NCBI GenBank assembly: GCA_963749655.1 | Contig: CAVVOB010000023.1 | Coordinates: forward strand, 64,001 to 128,000 | Reading direction: 5' to 3' | From: Nitrospirota bacterium | GTDB taxonomy: Bacteria > Nitrospirota > UBA9217 | Length of the DNA stretch: 64,000 nt | Shown here: positions 12,867 through 23,408 of the stretch, piece after piece | How positions within the stretch are numbered: position 1 is the stretch's first letter | How the letters are laid out: the number at the start of each line of letters is the position of its first letter | Notes under the pieces: model-generated | Seen by the model: the letters and a program-made list of their open reading frames with translations, nothing else | Databases searched by the model: none | Told to the model about the DNA's origin: nothing | Position numbers and translations under genes: made by a program

Positions 12867-13241
12867 TCACATGTGGGTGCGGTCCACCTCGAAGGCGTTC
12901 TGGATCAGCTCGATCTCCTGTTCGTTCGCCGTATTGATGGCCACCACATCGAACCGGCAGGGCACCTGATGGATGCGCTTGCGCTTGATGTACCCCAGCG
13001 CGGTCCTGATCATGCGCATCTGCTTCCGCGGAGTGACCGCCAGCTCGGGAGCTCCGAATGCGCTGCTGGTCCGGGTCTTGACTTCCACGAACACGACTGC
13101 TCCCTCGTGCAGGGCGATGAGGTCGATCTCCCCGGTCGCAGTCCGGTAATTGCGCTCCAGGATCTTGTACCCCCGCCGGGAAAGGTACTGCGCAGCGCGG
13201 TCCTCGCCTTCCCTCCCGAGCAGCTTCCTCAGGAGGCTCAC
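12867..13241 (-). CDS. yraN: YraN family putative endonuclease
   Basis: GREGEDRAAQYL, GEIDLIA, FVEVKTR, RFDVVAI. Confidence 0.95.
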   Translation of the reverse strand: MSLLRKLLGREGEDRAAQYLSRRGYKILERNYRTATGEIDLIALHEGAVVFVEVKTRTSSAFGAPELAVTPRKQMRMIRTALGYIKRKRIHQVPCRFDVVAINTANEQEIELIQNAFEVDRTHM

Positions 13242-13930
13242 CGCCGCTCCTCCCGGAGCATTCGGGCAACGGGATTGAACGTTTTTCTGTGCGCCTCGCA
13301 GGGTCCGTGCTCGGCGATGAGCGCAAGGTGCTCTTTCGTGCCGTAGCCTTTGTGTTTCTGAAAATTGTACTGAGGAAATCTTTTATGGAGCTCAAGCATC
13401 AGCCGGTCCCGCGTCACTTTTGCGAGGATCGAAGCGGCTGCGATGCTGTGACTGCGGCTGTCGCCTCTGATGATCGGCTTCTGCGGAAGAGGAACTCGCG
13501 GGAGCGTCAATGCGTCGAGAAGAAGGAAATCCGGACGGGGAAGGAGCTGTTCGAGCGCCCGCTCCATGGCGATGATGGTCGCCTGCAGGACGTTCACCTC
13601 GTCGATGGTCCGCTCGTCGGCGACGCCGATCCCGAAGCAGACCGCCGATTGTTGCACCTCGTCAAAGAGCCGTTCCCGCAACTGCTCCGGGACCTGCTTG
13701 GAGTCGGTCAGCCCCGGGATGAGAAGCCCCTCCGGAAGCACGACCGCGGCGGCCACGACCGGACCGGCCAGCGGCCCCCTGCCTGCCTCGTCGAGGCCCG
13801 CGATGCAGGTGAAGCCGGAGCTGCGGGCGCTGCGCTCGAAAAAAAGCGGGTCGCACGCCAGCTCATCGCCGAACAGGTCAGCGGTGCGCTCTGAACGCGC
13901 CTCCCCAGGAAAGGAACGGCCACGGGGCAT
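13238..13930 (-). CDS. rnhB: Ribonuclease HII
   Basis: GLDEAGRGPLAGPVVAAAV, DSK, SIAAASILAKVTRD, HKGYGT. Confidence 0.97.
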   Translation of the reverse strand: MPRGRSFPGEARSERTADLFGDELACDPLFFERSARSSGFTCIAGLDEAGRGPLAGPVVAAAVVLPEGLLIPGLTDSKQVPEQLRERLFDEVQQSAVCFGIGVADERTIDEVNVLQATIIAMERALEQLLPRPDFLLLDALTLPRVPLPQKPIIRGDSRSHSIAAASILAKVTRDRLMLELHKRFPQYNFQKHKGYGTKEHLALIAEHGPCEAHRKTFNPVARMLREERR

Positions 13931-14058
13931 AACAACCTCGGAACGACAAGTTTCAAATTACAAATCCCAAATAAGCCCCAAAACCGGGTCCGGCATTGGG
14001 CGCATGGTATTTGGGATTTGCCTGTGCCTTGAAGTCTGGGAATTGATGCCTGCTCGCG

Positions 14059-14454
14059 CTACTTCTGCTCGGCTGCCTCGGCCTGGGTCGCGCCGGCAAC
14101 CTGCGCAAAAACGCGCTCTTTTTCCTTGATCCTGGCGGCCTTGCCGCGGAGCTCTCTCAGGAAGTAGAGCTTGGCCCTGCGGACCTTGCCCTCTTTGGCG
14201 AGCTCGATCTTGTCGATCATCGGCGAGTGGATCGGGAAGAGCCTCTCGACGCCCACGCCGTAGGACAGCTTCCGCACACGGATGATTTCACGGGCGCCCG
14301 CGCCCTGCCGTCCGATCACCAGACCCTCGAATACCTGGATCCTTTCCTTGTCGCCTTCTACGACCTTCGCGTGAACACGGATGGTGTCTCCCACGCGGAA
14401 GCTCGGTATCCCTTCACGGACCTGGGCCTTTTCCAAAGATTGAATGATGTTCAT
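14059..14454 (-). CDS. rplS: 50S ribosomal protein L19
   Basis: [30 protein letters not shown]. Confidence 0.98.
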   Translation of the reverse strand: MNIIQSLEKAQVREGIPSFRVGDTIRVHAKVVEGDKERIQVFEGLVIGRQGAGAREIIRVRKLSYGVGVERLFPIHSPMIDKIELAKEGKVRRAKLYFLRELRGKAARIKEKERVFAQVAGATQAEAAEQK

Positions 14455-14570
14455 GACAAACCTCCCTCGCTAAATGCAAATTCCAAATTTCAAACTCCAA
14501 AATACAAATAAATTCCAAAAGCCAAATTCGAATTTGGATCATTGAAGCTTATTTGTCATTTGGCGCTTGT

Positions 14571-15335
14571 TTATTGATGCTTTCTTTCCAGCTCTTTCCT
14601 CAATTCTTCCAAAACCTGTTCGTCTTCCCGCGTGAGCTCGGCGGTTTTCAGCAGGTCCGGCCTTTTCATGAGCGTGGCCCTGAGCGATTCGCGCCGGCGC
14701 CACTTCTCGATCTCTGCATGGTTGCCCCCCAGCAGGACTTCCGGCACCTTCCTGCCGCGGAACTCGGCAGGCCTCGTATAGTGAGGATGGTCGAGCAGTC
14801 CGTCTCCGAAGGAATCCCGATACGCGGACTCTTCGTCGCCCAGGACCCCGGGCAGGAGACGGACCGCTGCGTCGATCACGACCAGCGCCGCCAGTTCTCC
14901 GCCGGTGAGCACATAGTCCCCGAGGGAGATCTCCTCGTCCACGAGAGCGTCAATCACCCGCTCATCGATTGCCTCGTAATGTCCGCAGAGCAGGACGATC
15001 CTCCGCGTTTCCCCGGACAGCTCCTCGGCCCTCCGCTGATCCAGGACCCGACCCTGGGGCGAAAGCAGGATCTTCAGGAATTCCTCGCCGGGATGGGCTG
15101 CCTTCATGGCCTCAAAGGCCCTGAAGATCGGATCGGGTTTGAGCACCATACCCGCGCCGCCTCCGTAGGGGCTGTCGTCGGCGGTTTTGTGCTTGTCTTC
15201 CGTATAGTCCCGGATGTTCCTGATTTCGACATCCAGGAGCCCTTTTTCACGGGCGCGCTTCAGAATGCTCTCGTTCAGGGGCCCTGTAAGGATCCCCGGA
15301 AACAGGGTGAGCACCTCAAAATTCAGTCTTCGCAT
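14571..15335 (-). CDS. trmD: tRNA (guanine37-N1)-methyltransferase
   Basis: DDSPYGGGAGM, LCGHYEAIDERV, SLGDYVLTGGE, HYTRP. Confidence 0.97.
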   Translation of the reverse strand: MRRLNFEVLTLFPGILTGPLNESILKRAREKGLLDVEIRNIRDYTEDKHKTADDSPYGGGAGMVLKPDPIFRAFEAMKAAHPGEEFLKILLSPQGRVLDQRRAEELSGETRRIVLLCGHYEAIDERVIDALVDEEISLGDYVLTGGELAALVVIDAAVRLLPGVLGDEESAYRDSFGDGLLDHPHYTRPAEFRGRKVPEVLLGGNHAEIEKWRRRESLRATLMKRPDLLKTAELTREDEQVLEELRKELERKHQ

Positions 15336-15355
15336 TGCCGGAGCCGGTTCCCACA

Positions 15356-15859
15356 TCATTCCAACAGGCCATCGATGAGATGGACGACCATTCGTTTGGC
15401 TCCCCGGTCGACCTGCCTTATCACTTCGCGCGTCGCAGGAAGATAAATCTCCTTCCCTCCGCATTTGACGACGTACACATCGTTGCTGCCTGTTTCGAAA
15501 ATGTCCACGATCGGCCCGAGCGTCTCACCGCTGTCGGAAACGACTTCCATGCCCATGAGTTCGAACCAGTAGTACGAGCCCTCGGGCAGCGGGACCGCTT
15601 CCTCCTCCGGGACCTTTACGAGCCAGCCGTTGAGGGTCTTTGCCTTCTCAGGCGAGTCATACCCCGAAAACAGGAGAAAGGGGATTCCGTTGGCGTAGCG
15701 GACGCTCTTTACTTCGCAGACGGTCTCTTTCCCGGCGGGAGAAATGAGGTAAACGCGGCGGAGCCCGTTGAACCGTTCGGGGAAGTCCGTCAGCATTTCT
15801 ATTTTCATCTCTCCCTTGACGCCGAAGGGTTTGACCGCTTTGCCGATCGTTATCAGCAT
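15356..15859 (-). CDS. rimM: Ribosome maturation factor RimM
   Basis: GKAVKPFGVKGE, YYWFELMG, ETGSNDVYVV; gene order. Confidence 0.96.
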   Translation of the reverse strand: MLITIGKAVKPFGVKGEMKIEMLTDFPERFNGLRRVYLISPAGKETVCEVKSVRYANGIPFLLFSGYDSPEKAKTLNGWLVKVPEEEAVPLPEGSYYWFELMGMEVVSDSGETLGPIVDIFETGSNDVYVVKCGGKEIYLPATREVIRQVDRGAKRMVVHLIDGLLE

Positions 15860-15947
15860 ACCGCAGAGAAGCGGATAAGGGGTTCGCCCTTTTTCAGTTT
15901 GCGGTTTTCACTCCGCATTCCGCATTCCGCATTCCGCATTTTAACGG

Positions 15948-16211
15948 CTACTTCGCTTCCGCGTACTGCTTCATGACTCCAACCTTGGAGAGCAGGGTCT
16001 TGACCGTATCGGACGGCACTGCGCCCTTCTTGAGCCAGCCGAGCGCCTTTTCCTGGTCGACCTTGATCTCCGCCGGCTTCTTGAGGGGGTCATACGTGCC
16101 GACCATCTCGATGAAGCGGCCGTCGCGGGGCGACCGGGAGTCCGCCACTACCAACCGGTAGTAGGGCTTCTTGTGGGTCCCTATTCTCTTGAGTCTGATC
16201 CGTACTGACAT
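15948..16211 (-). CDS. rpsP: 30S ribosomal protein S16
   Basis: [11 protein letters not shown]...[18 protein letters not shown]...GAVPSDTV. Confidence 0.98.
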   Translation of the reverse strand: MSVRIRLKRIGTHKKPYYRLVVADSRSPRDGRFIEMVGTYDPLKKPAEIKVDQEKALGWLKKGAVPSDTVKTLLSKVGVMKQYAEAK

Positions 16212-16310
16212 TGTGTCACCTCTTTCGTTAGATACAATTTCCAAATTCGAATTTCTAAACTCTAAATAACTGCCTTTTAGGATTTAGATATTCGGATTTC
16301 GCGCTTGCCT

Positions 16311-17646
16311 TTAAAACGGCATCCTTCCGCCGAACATCTTCGCCATATTTCCCATCTTGCCGCTCGTCATGGACTTCATCATCTTGCGCATGTCGGCGAA
16401 CTGCTTCAGGAGCCGGTTCACGTCCTGCACCTGGGTGCCGCTCCCCTTAGCGATGCGGGCCCTGCGGCTGCCGTTGATGACGGTGTAATCCGCCCGCTCC
16501 TTCTGGGTCATGGAGCTGATGATGGCGTCCACTTTCGTCAGTTCCTTTTCGTTCACCTGGGCATCAGGGAGCTTCATCTTCCCCATCCCCGGGATCATGC
16601 TCATGATGGATTCCAGCCCGCCGAGCTTCTTCACCTGCTTGAGCTGGTTGCGGAAGTCGTCAAGATCAAAGGAGTTCTTCTTGAGCTTCTTCGCTAGCTT
16701 GAGCGCCTCTTCCTTGTCGACGGACTCCTGCGCCTTCTCGATGAGCGACATGACGTCGCCCATGCCGAGGATGCGCGAGGCCATGCGGTCCGGATGGAAC
16801 GCTTCCAGGGCGTCGAGTTTCTCGCCCATGCCGACGAACTTGAGCGGCTTGCCGGTCACCGACCGGACCGAGAGGGCCGCGCCGCCCCGGGCGTCGCCGT
16901 CGAGCTTGGTCAGCACAACGCCGTCGAAGCCGAGATCGGCATTGAACTTGGCCGCGATGTTCACGGCCTCCTGGCCCGTCATGGCGTCGGCCACGAACAG
17001 GACCTCGCTCGGCTTGACCGCAGCCTTGATCTGCTTGAGCTCCTCCATAAGGGGCTCGTCGATCTGGAGCCGGCCGGCAGTATCGAGGATAACGACTTCG
17101 AACAGCGATGCAGCCGCCTGTTTTACCGCGTTCCGGCAGATAGTCACCGGGTCCTGGTCTTCCGTTATGAAGGCGTCGACGCCGACCTGCTTTGCCAGCG
17201 TCTTGAGCTGCTGGACTGCTGCCGGCCTTCTCGTATCAGCAGGCGACCAGGAGGACCCTGCGGCCGTCCTTCTTGAAATTCTTCGCCAGCTTGCCGGCCG
17301 TCGTGGTCTTGCCGGACCCCTGCAGGCCCACCATCATGATGACCGTGGGCGGGTTCGGGGACAAAAACAGCTTGGCCTGGGTGCCGCCGAGCAATCCGAC
17401 GAGCTCATCATGAACGATCTTGATGACCTGCTGGCCCGGTGTGAGGCTGCTCAGGATCTCCTTGCCGACGGCGCGCTCCTGAACACGGCCGATAAAATCC
17501 TTGACGACTTTGAAATTGACGTCCGCCTCGAGAAGCGCAAGCCGCACCTCGCGCATCGCTTCCTTGACATCGTCTTCCTTCAGGACGCCCCTGCCCCGGA
17601 GCTTCTTGAAAACAGACTCTAATTTCCCTGTAAGGACATCAAACAT
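16311..17646 (-). CDS. ffh: Signal recognition particle protein Ffh, apparent frameshift near 17245
   Basis: ALLEADV and GLQGSGKTTT in one frame; DTAGR, TKLDGDARGG and M-domain SRRARIAKGSG in another. Confidence 0.95.
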
Positions 17647-17799
17647 GGCAAGTTCCCGATTGGCAAAGAATATAGAATATATAAAATAAGTCCAGCATTG
17701 TCAAGGATTTTCTCGATTATTTTTATTATAAGGGGGTCGGCTGTTCCCTATTTTAACCCCAAAAGGAAAGGAATACCATTAGTTAAGTAGTTTACAAAA

Positions 17800-17832
17800 C
17801 AAAAGCCCCGGGCGGCCTCCCCGGGGCTTTTC
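17800..17832. terminator. Intrinsic terminator
   Basis: AAAAGCCCCGG...CCGGGGCTTTT. Confidence 0.75.
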
Positions 17833-17849
17833 TGTTCATTCTACCGTCT

Positions 17850-18859
17850 CTATAACGATGTTTTGACCGTGACCTTGGAAGCCGTCAGGACGCCGCCTGC
17901 GTAGGTGCCCTCGACTTCCACGATGCTTCCGTTCCCGAACCCCTGGGGCAGGGTGATTGACGAGGCGTTGACCGAGATGCCGCTCACGGTGAACGTCTTT
18001 GCTCCTCCATTGAAATCAGCCACAATCCCCTCGATCTCGGTCTTGTCATTTTCTGAAGGAGACGACTCCACCTTGTACTCCACGTCGCTTGCAACGAGCG
18101 TATGGGTCCCCGCATTGTACTGGCCGAGCGTGCTCTTGACTTCCACGAACAGTCCGTCGGCGATGCCTCCTGCCGGGAAATCCTTCAACTGGGCAGGACC
18201 GCTTCCGTAGTCAACGATAAGTCCGCCGATCCTGAACGTCTTTGCCACGGTGTTCGTGCTTCCCGATGCAATGGTTCCCTTCAGCTCTATCTCATCGCCC
18301 GCGGAAGGCGAAGACTTCTTCAGCTCGATAAAGGTCGCATGGATCACGCCGGAGCTGTCGGTCATGCCGCTCACCTCCACGATCGGTGTCGTCGTGCGAC
18401 AAGTGACGCAAGCGAGCTCACGGTCGTTCCAGTCGGAGACAAATGGGTGCTCACGTCCACCAGGACCGTCTGATCCAGGACCGTCAAGGTTGAGGTTGCA
18501 CCTGACGCGACCGCGGTCAACGGTCCCTGCAGGTTGTCCTCATAATCGATTTCGGCGCCTTCTCCGTTCACGCCGTCATCGCTCATGCTGCCCTTAACGC
18601 TCACCACCATGCCGACCTGCAGTTCGCTTTCCCCATGGCCTGAAACGCCCTCCACCTTGATCGTCGAACCGGTTGTTTTATACTCAACGCCGTTCACGAA
18701 AATGCTTCCCTTCGCGGTTATGGCTCCTTTGCTGAAAGCCGGTGTACTGACGGTGCCGGTACCGCCGCCTCCGCCACTGCTACCGCAGGAAGCAACATAG
18801 ACTGCGCTCAAACCCAAGGCTGCCAGAAAACTTATGATTGTGATTGCTCTTCTCTTCAT
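17850..18859 (-). CDS. DUF5666-repeat lipoprotein, frameshift near 18400
   Basis: Lipobox VASC; GSIFVNGV, LQVGMVVSVKG, VEVSG, VEVEG OB-like repeats split across two frames. Confidence 0.8.
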
Positions 18860-19503
18860 GCTATGGTCCTCCTCTATCGTAGTTGTTGTATTGCATAAAC
18901 GCATCCAATGGGATGCGGAGATCGCTTTTTCACTCCGGCTATGAAAAATACTACAGACGGGGACCCGCCCGTGCAAGAAATGGGATACCAAAGGTCCTCT
19001 TTCCAAAAAGCATAGGACGTTTAACAGGCGATGTCAAGGGACAAAAAGAAAATCGTACATTAGTAGTAAACCACGTTGCCGACTGGTCCTCAAGCAGGCA
19101 TTATGAACTCTTTTCAAGCGGTAAACACACCGCGGGGTCGAGATCGAATTTCGAGAATCCTTCCCTTAACTTATACAGGTTAATTAAAGTCCGGCTTGAG
19201 CACCGTCTTCCTTGGCCGACACGCGGGACGGCCCGGCTTGCAGCCCGCCGGCGCCTGCTGCATATTGAAGCTATACGGCAAATGGTGAAGGTCCTCTCCC
19301 AGTATGGGGAAATCCGTGCTACGCCGGAGTCAATGCGCCTTCGTTAAAATTCACTGCAGGACAAAAAACGGGCATTCTGGCTGCAGCTCTCGGGAGGGAG
19401 AGGAGCAGGAGCCAGAATGCCCTGCGAGAGGGGGGGGCCCTCTTTTCTGATAGAACTATGACGTACAGCTTCAAGCTGACAGCTGAACGCTGACGGCCGG
19501 TTT

Positions 19504-20454
19504 CTAATACTCCATCACAACTTCATTGAACGGCTCTCGCTTGACCTCATTGCCCATCCTGTCGCGATAGATCAGCTCGTCGGTGTCGAGGTCATACTCC
19601 GGAATGTTCGGATCAAGCCAGCGGGTGACGAAATACTGGTAGAATAAGCTGAACAGATTGCCGCTCTTCCCGTGCTTGAATACATACTCCGGCATATCCC
19701 GCACGTTCGTACCCGCGGGATAATGCTGCATGCTGAGGTAATCGCCGAGAATGGCCAATTTGAGCAGGGGCACGTCCCGGTAGAGCTTCAGCCTCACGTT
19801 CTTCTGCAGGGCCTTGAGCCCCTTCAAAAAATCGATGCTCCTGATGATGTGGTCGCGAAAGCTTTCCGGCGTAATCTCCGGATCTGCGAGGCTCTTTGCG
19901 CGCGCGGTCACGCCGTCCTTCAGCGGATCGAGCAGCATGACCTTTGCCTCCCGGCAGTTTTTAAGGACCTGGTGCAGATCGCCGGCCGGATCGACAAAGG
20001 TCCGGTAGCCCGTTGAGCTGATGAGCATGACGTTCCGCCCGAAGCCCTGCTCTTCCTTGAGCTTCCTGACCTGCCTCCGTGCAAGAAAGGACTTCACGGG
20101 CGCGACATGATGAAGGCCCGCGGTCTTCGCCATCTGCGACTGTTTGCGCATGCGCCAGCTCCTGACCGCGGCGTTGATGCCCACGATCAGCAGGACGGCG
20201 GCGCCGATCTCGGTCACGACGAGAATGAGCTCCTCGTTCTCCACGAGGGACCACGAGAGCAGCAGCTTCCTGCTCAGATATTTCACAATATCGGGAAGCG
20301 AGAGCGCCATGGCCGCGCTCAGTACGACGACGGAGATATGATACAGAATATGAACAGCGTTTTTCCTCATGTCCGCCTCCTTCATCTTTCCCGCGAGCTG
20401 TTCCCCCGGCATCCCGAGGATCGCGATATTTTGGAGAAGCTCCCGCCCGGGCAA
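19504..20454 (-). CDS. Two-TM membrane protein with a DUF5919/PLD-like C-terminal domain (start may be 20370)
   Basis: Two hydrophobic helices, then AKVMLLDP...VRLKLY...LAILGD...YFVTRW. No HKD motif. Confidence 0.55.
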   Translation of the reverse strand: MPGRELLQNIAILGMPGEQLAGKMKEADMRKNAVHILYHISVVVLSAAMALSLPDIVKYLSRKLLLSWSLVENEELILVVTEIGAAVLLIVGINAAVRSWRMRKQSQMAKTAGLHHVAPVKSFLARRQVRKLKEEQGFGRNVMLISSTGYRTFVDPAGDLHQVLKNCREAKVMLLDPLKDGVTARAKSLADPEITPESFRDHIIRSIDFLKGLKALQKNVRLKLYRDVPLLKLAILGDYLSMQHYPAGTNVRDMPEYVFKHGKSGNLFSLFYQYFVTRWLDPNIPEYDLDTDELIYRDRMGNEVKREPFNEVVMEY

Positions 20455-20470
20455 AGTTGCTTTCGCGCCG

Positions 20471-20836
20471 TCATGAAAGCACGATCAGGGCGGCAGCGAG
20501 CAGGAACGCAAAGTCGGTGCCTGATGTGTTTCCTCCCCCGTCGATGCGGTCGCACAGTCTGACGATCAGTCGGAAGTCCCGGCTGTCCATAGACGCCAGC
20601 CTCTCTTTTGCGCGGGAGGGCAGCCGGCGGTTTCCGATCCTGCTCTCCAGCACGGATACGACCCTGTCGATATCACGGTCCGCCTCTGCGTCCTTCATGC
20701 GCAGCTGCCGCCCTGCTTCCCCGCTCACGGCAACGGCCCCTGCATGCTGCGGTGCGGCAAAAAGCGATTCAACCGCGACGGCACTCAGCAGGATTGCAAC
20801 GAGCGGAACCAGCAGCGTCATAATGCCTCTGGCCAT
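20471..20836 (-). CDS. Exported hypothetical protein with C-terminal hydrophobic tail (PA2779-like)
   Basis: Signal peptide; AKERLASM...GG...DFAFLLAAALIVLS. Confidence 0.5.
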   Translation of the reverse strand: MARGIMTLLVPLVAILLSAVAVESLFAAPQHAGAVAVSGEAGRQLRMKDAEADRDIDRVVSVLESRIGNRRLPSRAKERLASMDSRDFRLIVRLCDRIDGGGNTSGTDFAFLLAAALIVLS

Positions 20837-20919
20837 AGCTGTTCTCCCGTTGAAGTTGGCTGCGGAACCGGCAGCCGGATGGGGACCCGTTTCCGGCCTC
20901 TTCACGAATCGAAGCCCCA

Positions 20920-21165
20920 TCAGCAAACCCCGAGAAATTCCATGTCCGGCGAAGCGGTCCATTTGTTTTTGCCCGAGATCTTTGAAATGCCCTGCTGAAC
21001 GCTGCATCTCATGCACTGGGACACCAGGGTGCTCTCATCGAATATCTTATACACGCAGCAGGTACACAAGCTCATCAGCACATCAAGCTTGCTGGATTCG
21101 ATGCACTCTTCTACTTCCTTTACCATCTGTTCCCTGTTCGGGCAAAAATTGACCGGCATTTCCAT
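20920..21165 (-). CDS. Small Cys-rich hypothetical protein
   Basis: 81 aa with CTCC and CMRC; directly downstream of a sigma54 promoter. Confidence 0.6.
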   Translation of the reverse strand: MEMPVNFCPNREQMVKEVEECIESSKLDVLMSLCTCCVYKIFDESTLVSQCMRCSVQQGISKISGKNKWTASPDMEFLGVC

Positions 21166-21246
21166 CTCTCTCTTTCTTTTTCATTCACGGACCCGTGAAT
21201 CGGCGCTGCTGCCGTGGTTTCATTTCGTTTGACTGCTCTGTCTAAA

Positions 21247-21261
21247 GCAATTCGAATGCCA
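21247..21261 (-). promoter_or_regulatory. sigma54 -24/-12 promoter
   Basis: Minus strand TGGCATTCGAATTGC, near consensus TGGCAC-N5-TTGC. Confidence 0.8.
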
Positions 21262-21347
21262 GAAGCGCCGGAGACGCTGATCCTTTTGATTCTAAAAAGT
21301 AAATTGCTGCTTTCGGACAGAGTTGGAGTTTCCGGACTGCGGGCTCC

Positions 21348-21446
21348 TGTATGGATTATCATGCAGCAGGGTGAGGAAAGCTTGCGGTGATATGATTTTT
21401 TGCAGGGATAATCAATTCCTTATGCCTCTGTATGAAATTGCATACA
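21348..21446. promoter_or_regulatory. Two palindromic candidate enhancer (UAS) sites
   Basis: TGTATG-N6-CATGCA (21348-21365) and TGTATG-N6-CATACA (21429-21446), about 90-185 bp upstream of the sigma54 promoter. Confidence 0.6.
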
Positions 21447-21576
21447 GGAGCGATTATCACGATGCAGTGCTGTGGGCGGGAAAAAAAGACAACAAAAGGT
21501 CAGCATTGAGCTGTCAGCTTGAGACTTCAGGGGACGCAGGGACCGAAGAAGAACAGAGACGGGGTGCCCGCGCCTC

Positions 21577-22950
21577 TCAGTCGCTTTTCTTGAAATCAGC
21601 GGGATTGATCACGTATTTTTTCAGAAGATTATACAGGTCCGCCCGGTACTTTCCGGCCAGGTTTGCCGCGCTGGTCACGTTGCCGCGGGTCATTTCAAGG
21701 AGCCGGATCAGATAGCCCTTTTCAAAACTGTCCCTGGCCTCCTTCAGCGGCTTGATCGACTCTTCGGGCCCCGTCTTCATCGGCAGGATGAGGTCCTCTC
21801 CGATGACGTCCTGGCTGGTCATGGCTGCAGCATATTCGATCGTGTTCTCCAGCTCGCGGATGTTCCCGGGCCAGTCGTAAAACATGAGCCGCTGCATTGC
21901 ATGGGCCGTGAGCCCCTTGATCTTCTTGTTCATCTGGTCGCCGTACTTCTTCAGGAAGTGATCGACCAGCACGGGGATGTCCTCTTTCCGCTCCCGCAGG
22001 GCCGGCAGGACGATGGGGATCACGTGGATGCGGTAATACAGGTCCTCGCGGAACTGGCCCTGCTTGACGAGCTCGTCGATGTTCCTGTTCGTCGCCACGA
22101 TGACACGAACGTCCACTTCGATCGGCCGCTCGCCGCCCACGGGATAGAACTGGCGCTCCTGGAGAACACGAAGCAGCTTTGCCTGCAGGGAAAGGGGCAT
22201 GTCCCCGATCTCGTCCAGGAAGATGGTCCCCTCGTGGGCCTGGACAAAAAGCCCCTTCGAAGTTTTTATCGCGCCGGTGAACGCGCCTTTTTCGTGGCCG
22301 AACAGCTCGCTCTCGAGCAGCGTCTCGGGAAGGGCCGCGCAGTTGATGGCCACAAAGGGCTTGTCCTTCCGGTTGCTGTTCAGGTGGATCGCCCGGGCGA
22401 TGAGCTCCTTGCCGGTGCCGCTCTCGCCCCGGACAAAGACCGTGGATTCCGTCACGGCGATGCGGGAAACGGCTTCAAGCACGCGCTGCATCATCTCGCT
22501 CCGGGCTACGATGTTCTTGAAATCGTAGCGGTCGGACAACAGGCCCTTCAGCCGGTCGACCTCGGTGGCGAGCCTCCGGCTCTCCAGGGCATGCTCTACA
22601 TGCATGATCAGTTCGCGGGCGTCGAAGGGTTTGGTGAGATAGGTGAAGGCGCCGCGCTTCATCGCCTCGACGGCGCTCTCGATGCTGCCGTGGGCCGTCA
22701 GGATGATGACCGGCAGGCCCGGCACCATGCGGTGGATCTCCTCCATGAGCGAGATCCCGTCCTGGCCCACCAGCTGCAGATCGAGGATCGCCAGGTCGAA
22801 GACCTGAACGGCAACGGCCTCCCGGGCGACGTTCTCATCGGGCGCCGTGGTCACGGTATAGCCCGACGACTCCAGCCGCATTTTCATGAGCTCCAGGAGG
22901 TTGTAGTCGTCGTCCACGATCAGCAGCGTTCCGGTCTTGTCCTTCTCCAT
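21577..22950 (-). CDS. sigma54-dependent response regulator (GlrR/NtrC-like)
   Basis: REC domain (IVDDD, LTKPF); GESGTGKE, ELFGHEKGAFTGA, FLDEIGD, WPGNIRELEN; Fis-type HTH. Confidence 0.95.
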   Translation of the reverse strand: MEKDKTGTLLIVDDDYNLLELMKMRLESSGYTVTTAPDENVAREAVAVQVFDLAILDLQLVGQDGISLMEEIHRMVPGLPVIILTAHGSIESAVEAMKRGAFTYLTKPFDARELIMHVEHALESRRLATEVDRLKGLLSDRYDFKNIVARSEMMQRVLEAVSRIAVTESTVFVRGESGTGKELIARAIHLNSNRKDKPFVAINCAALPETLLESELFGHEKGAFTGAIKTSKGLFVQAHEGTIFLDEIGDMPLSLQAKLLRVLQERQFYPVGGERPIEVDVRVIVATNRNIDELVKQGQFREDLYYRIHVIPIVLPALRERKEDIPVLVDHFLKKYGDQMNKKIKGLTAHAMQRLMFYDWPGNIRELENTIEYAAAMTSQDVIGEDLILPMKTGPEESIKPLKEARDSFEKGYLIRLLEMTRGNVTSAANLAGKYRADLYNLLKKYVINPADFKKSD

Positions 22951-22952
22951 GC

Positions 22953-23408
22953 CTATTTCCCCATCCCCTTCTTCAGCTTCTCGATTTCGATGTCCACCTG
23001 CTTCGCCTTCTCGAATGCCTGCAGCACGCTCGTCCATATTTTCGCCTCTTCAACCAGGGGGCTGTGCGGGAATTCCCGCTCCACCCGCATGAAATAGCCG
23101 AGTGCCTTCCGGTAGTCCTTCTTCGGATTCGCGTAATGGGCGCTGATGAGCCCCAGGTTCATGAGCGCCGTGTCTCCCGGCGGCGTATTCGGCGAACGGG
23201 CCAGCAGGTCCAGGCTCTCCTTGATCGCGCCGTCAAAGTCCCCCTGGCTCACCAGCCCGTTGACCCGCCTCAGGTGATTGCATTCCTCCACGCGCACCAC
23301 GCGCGCGGGAGGCGCTTTGACGGGCACACAGGCGGACATGACGCCCAGCATCACACAGGCAGCTGAAACAAAAAGGTACTGCCGTTTCCCGGTTCGCTGA
23401 GTACCCAC
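22953..23408 (-). CDS. TPR-like lipoprotein (QseG/YfhG-like position)
   Basis: Lipobox MSAC; helical TPR-like segment; located between kinase and regulator genes. Confidence 0.7.
   Translation of the reverse strand: MGTQRTGKRQYLFVSAACVMLGVMSACVPVKAPPARVVRVEECNHLRRVNGLVSQGDFDGAIKESLDLLARSPNTPPGDTALMNLGLISAHYANPKKDYRKALGYFMRVEREFPHSPLVEEAKIWTSVLQAFEKAKQVDIEIEKLKKGMGK

Noticed and set aside
15860-15947. No KH-domain (khpA) gene between rpsP and rimM
   Set aside because: This gene is absent from the operon in many lineages; not informative alone.
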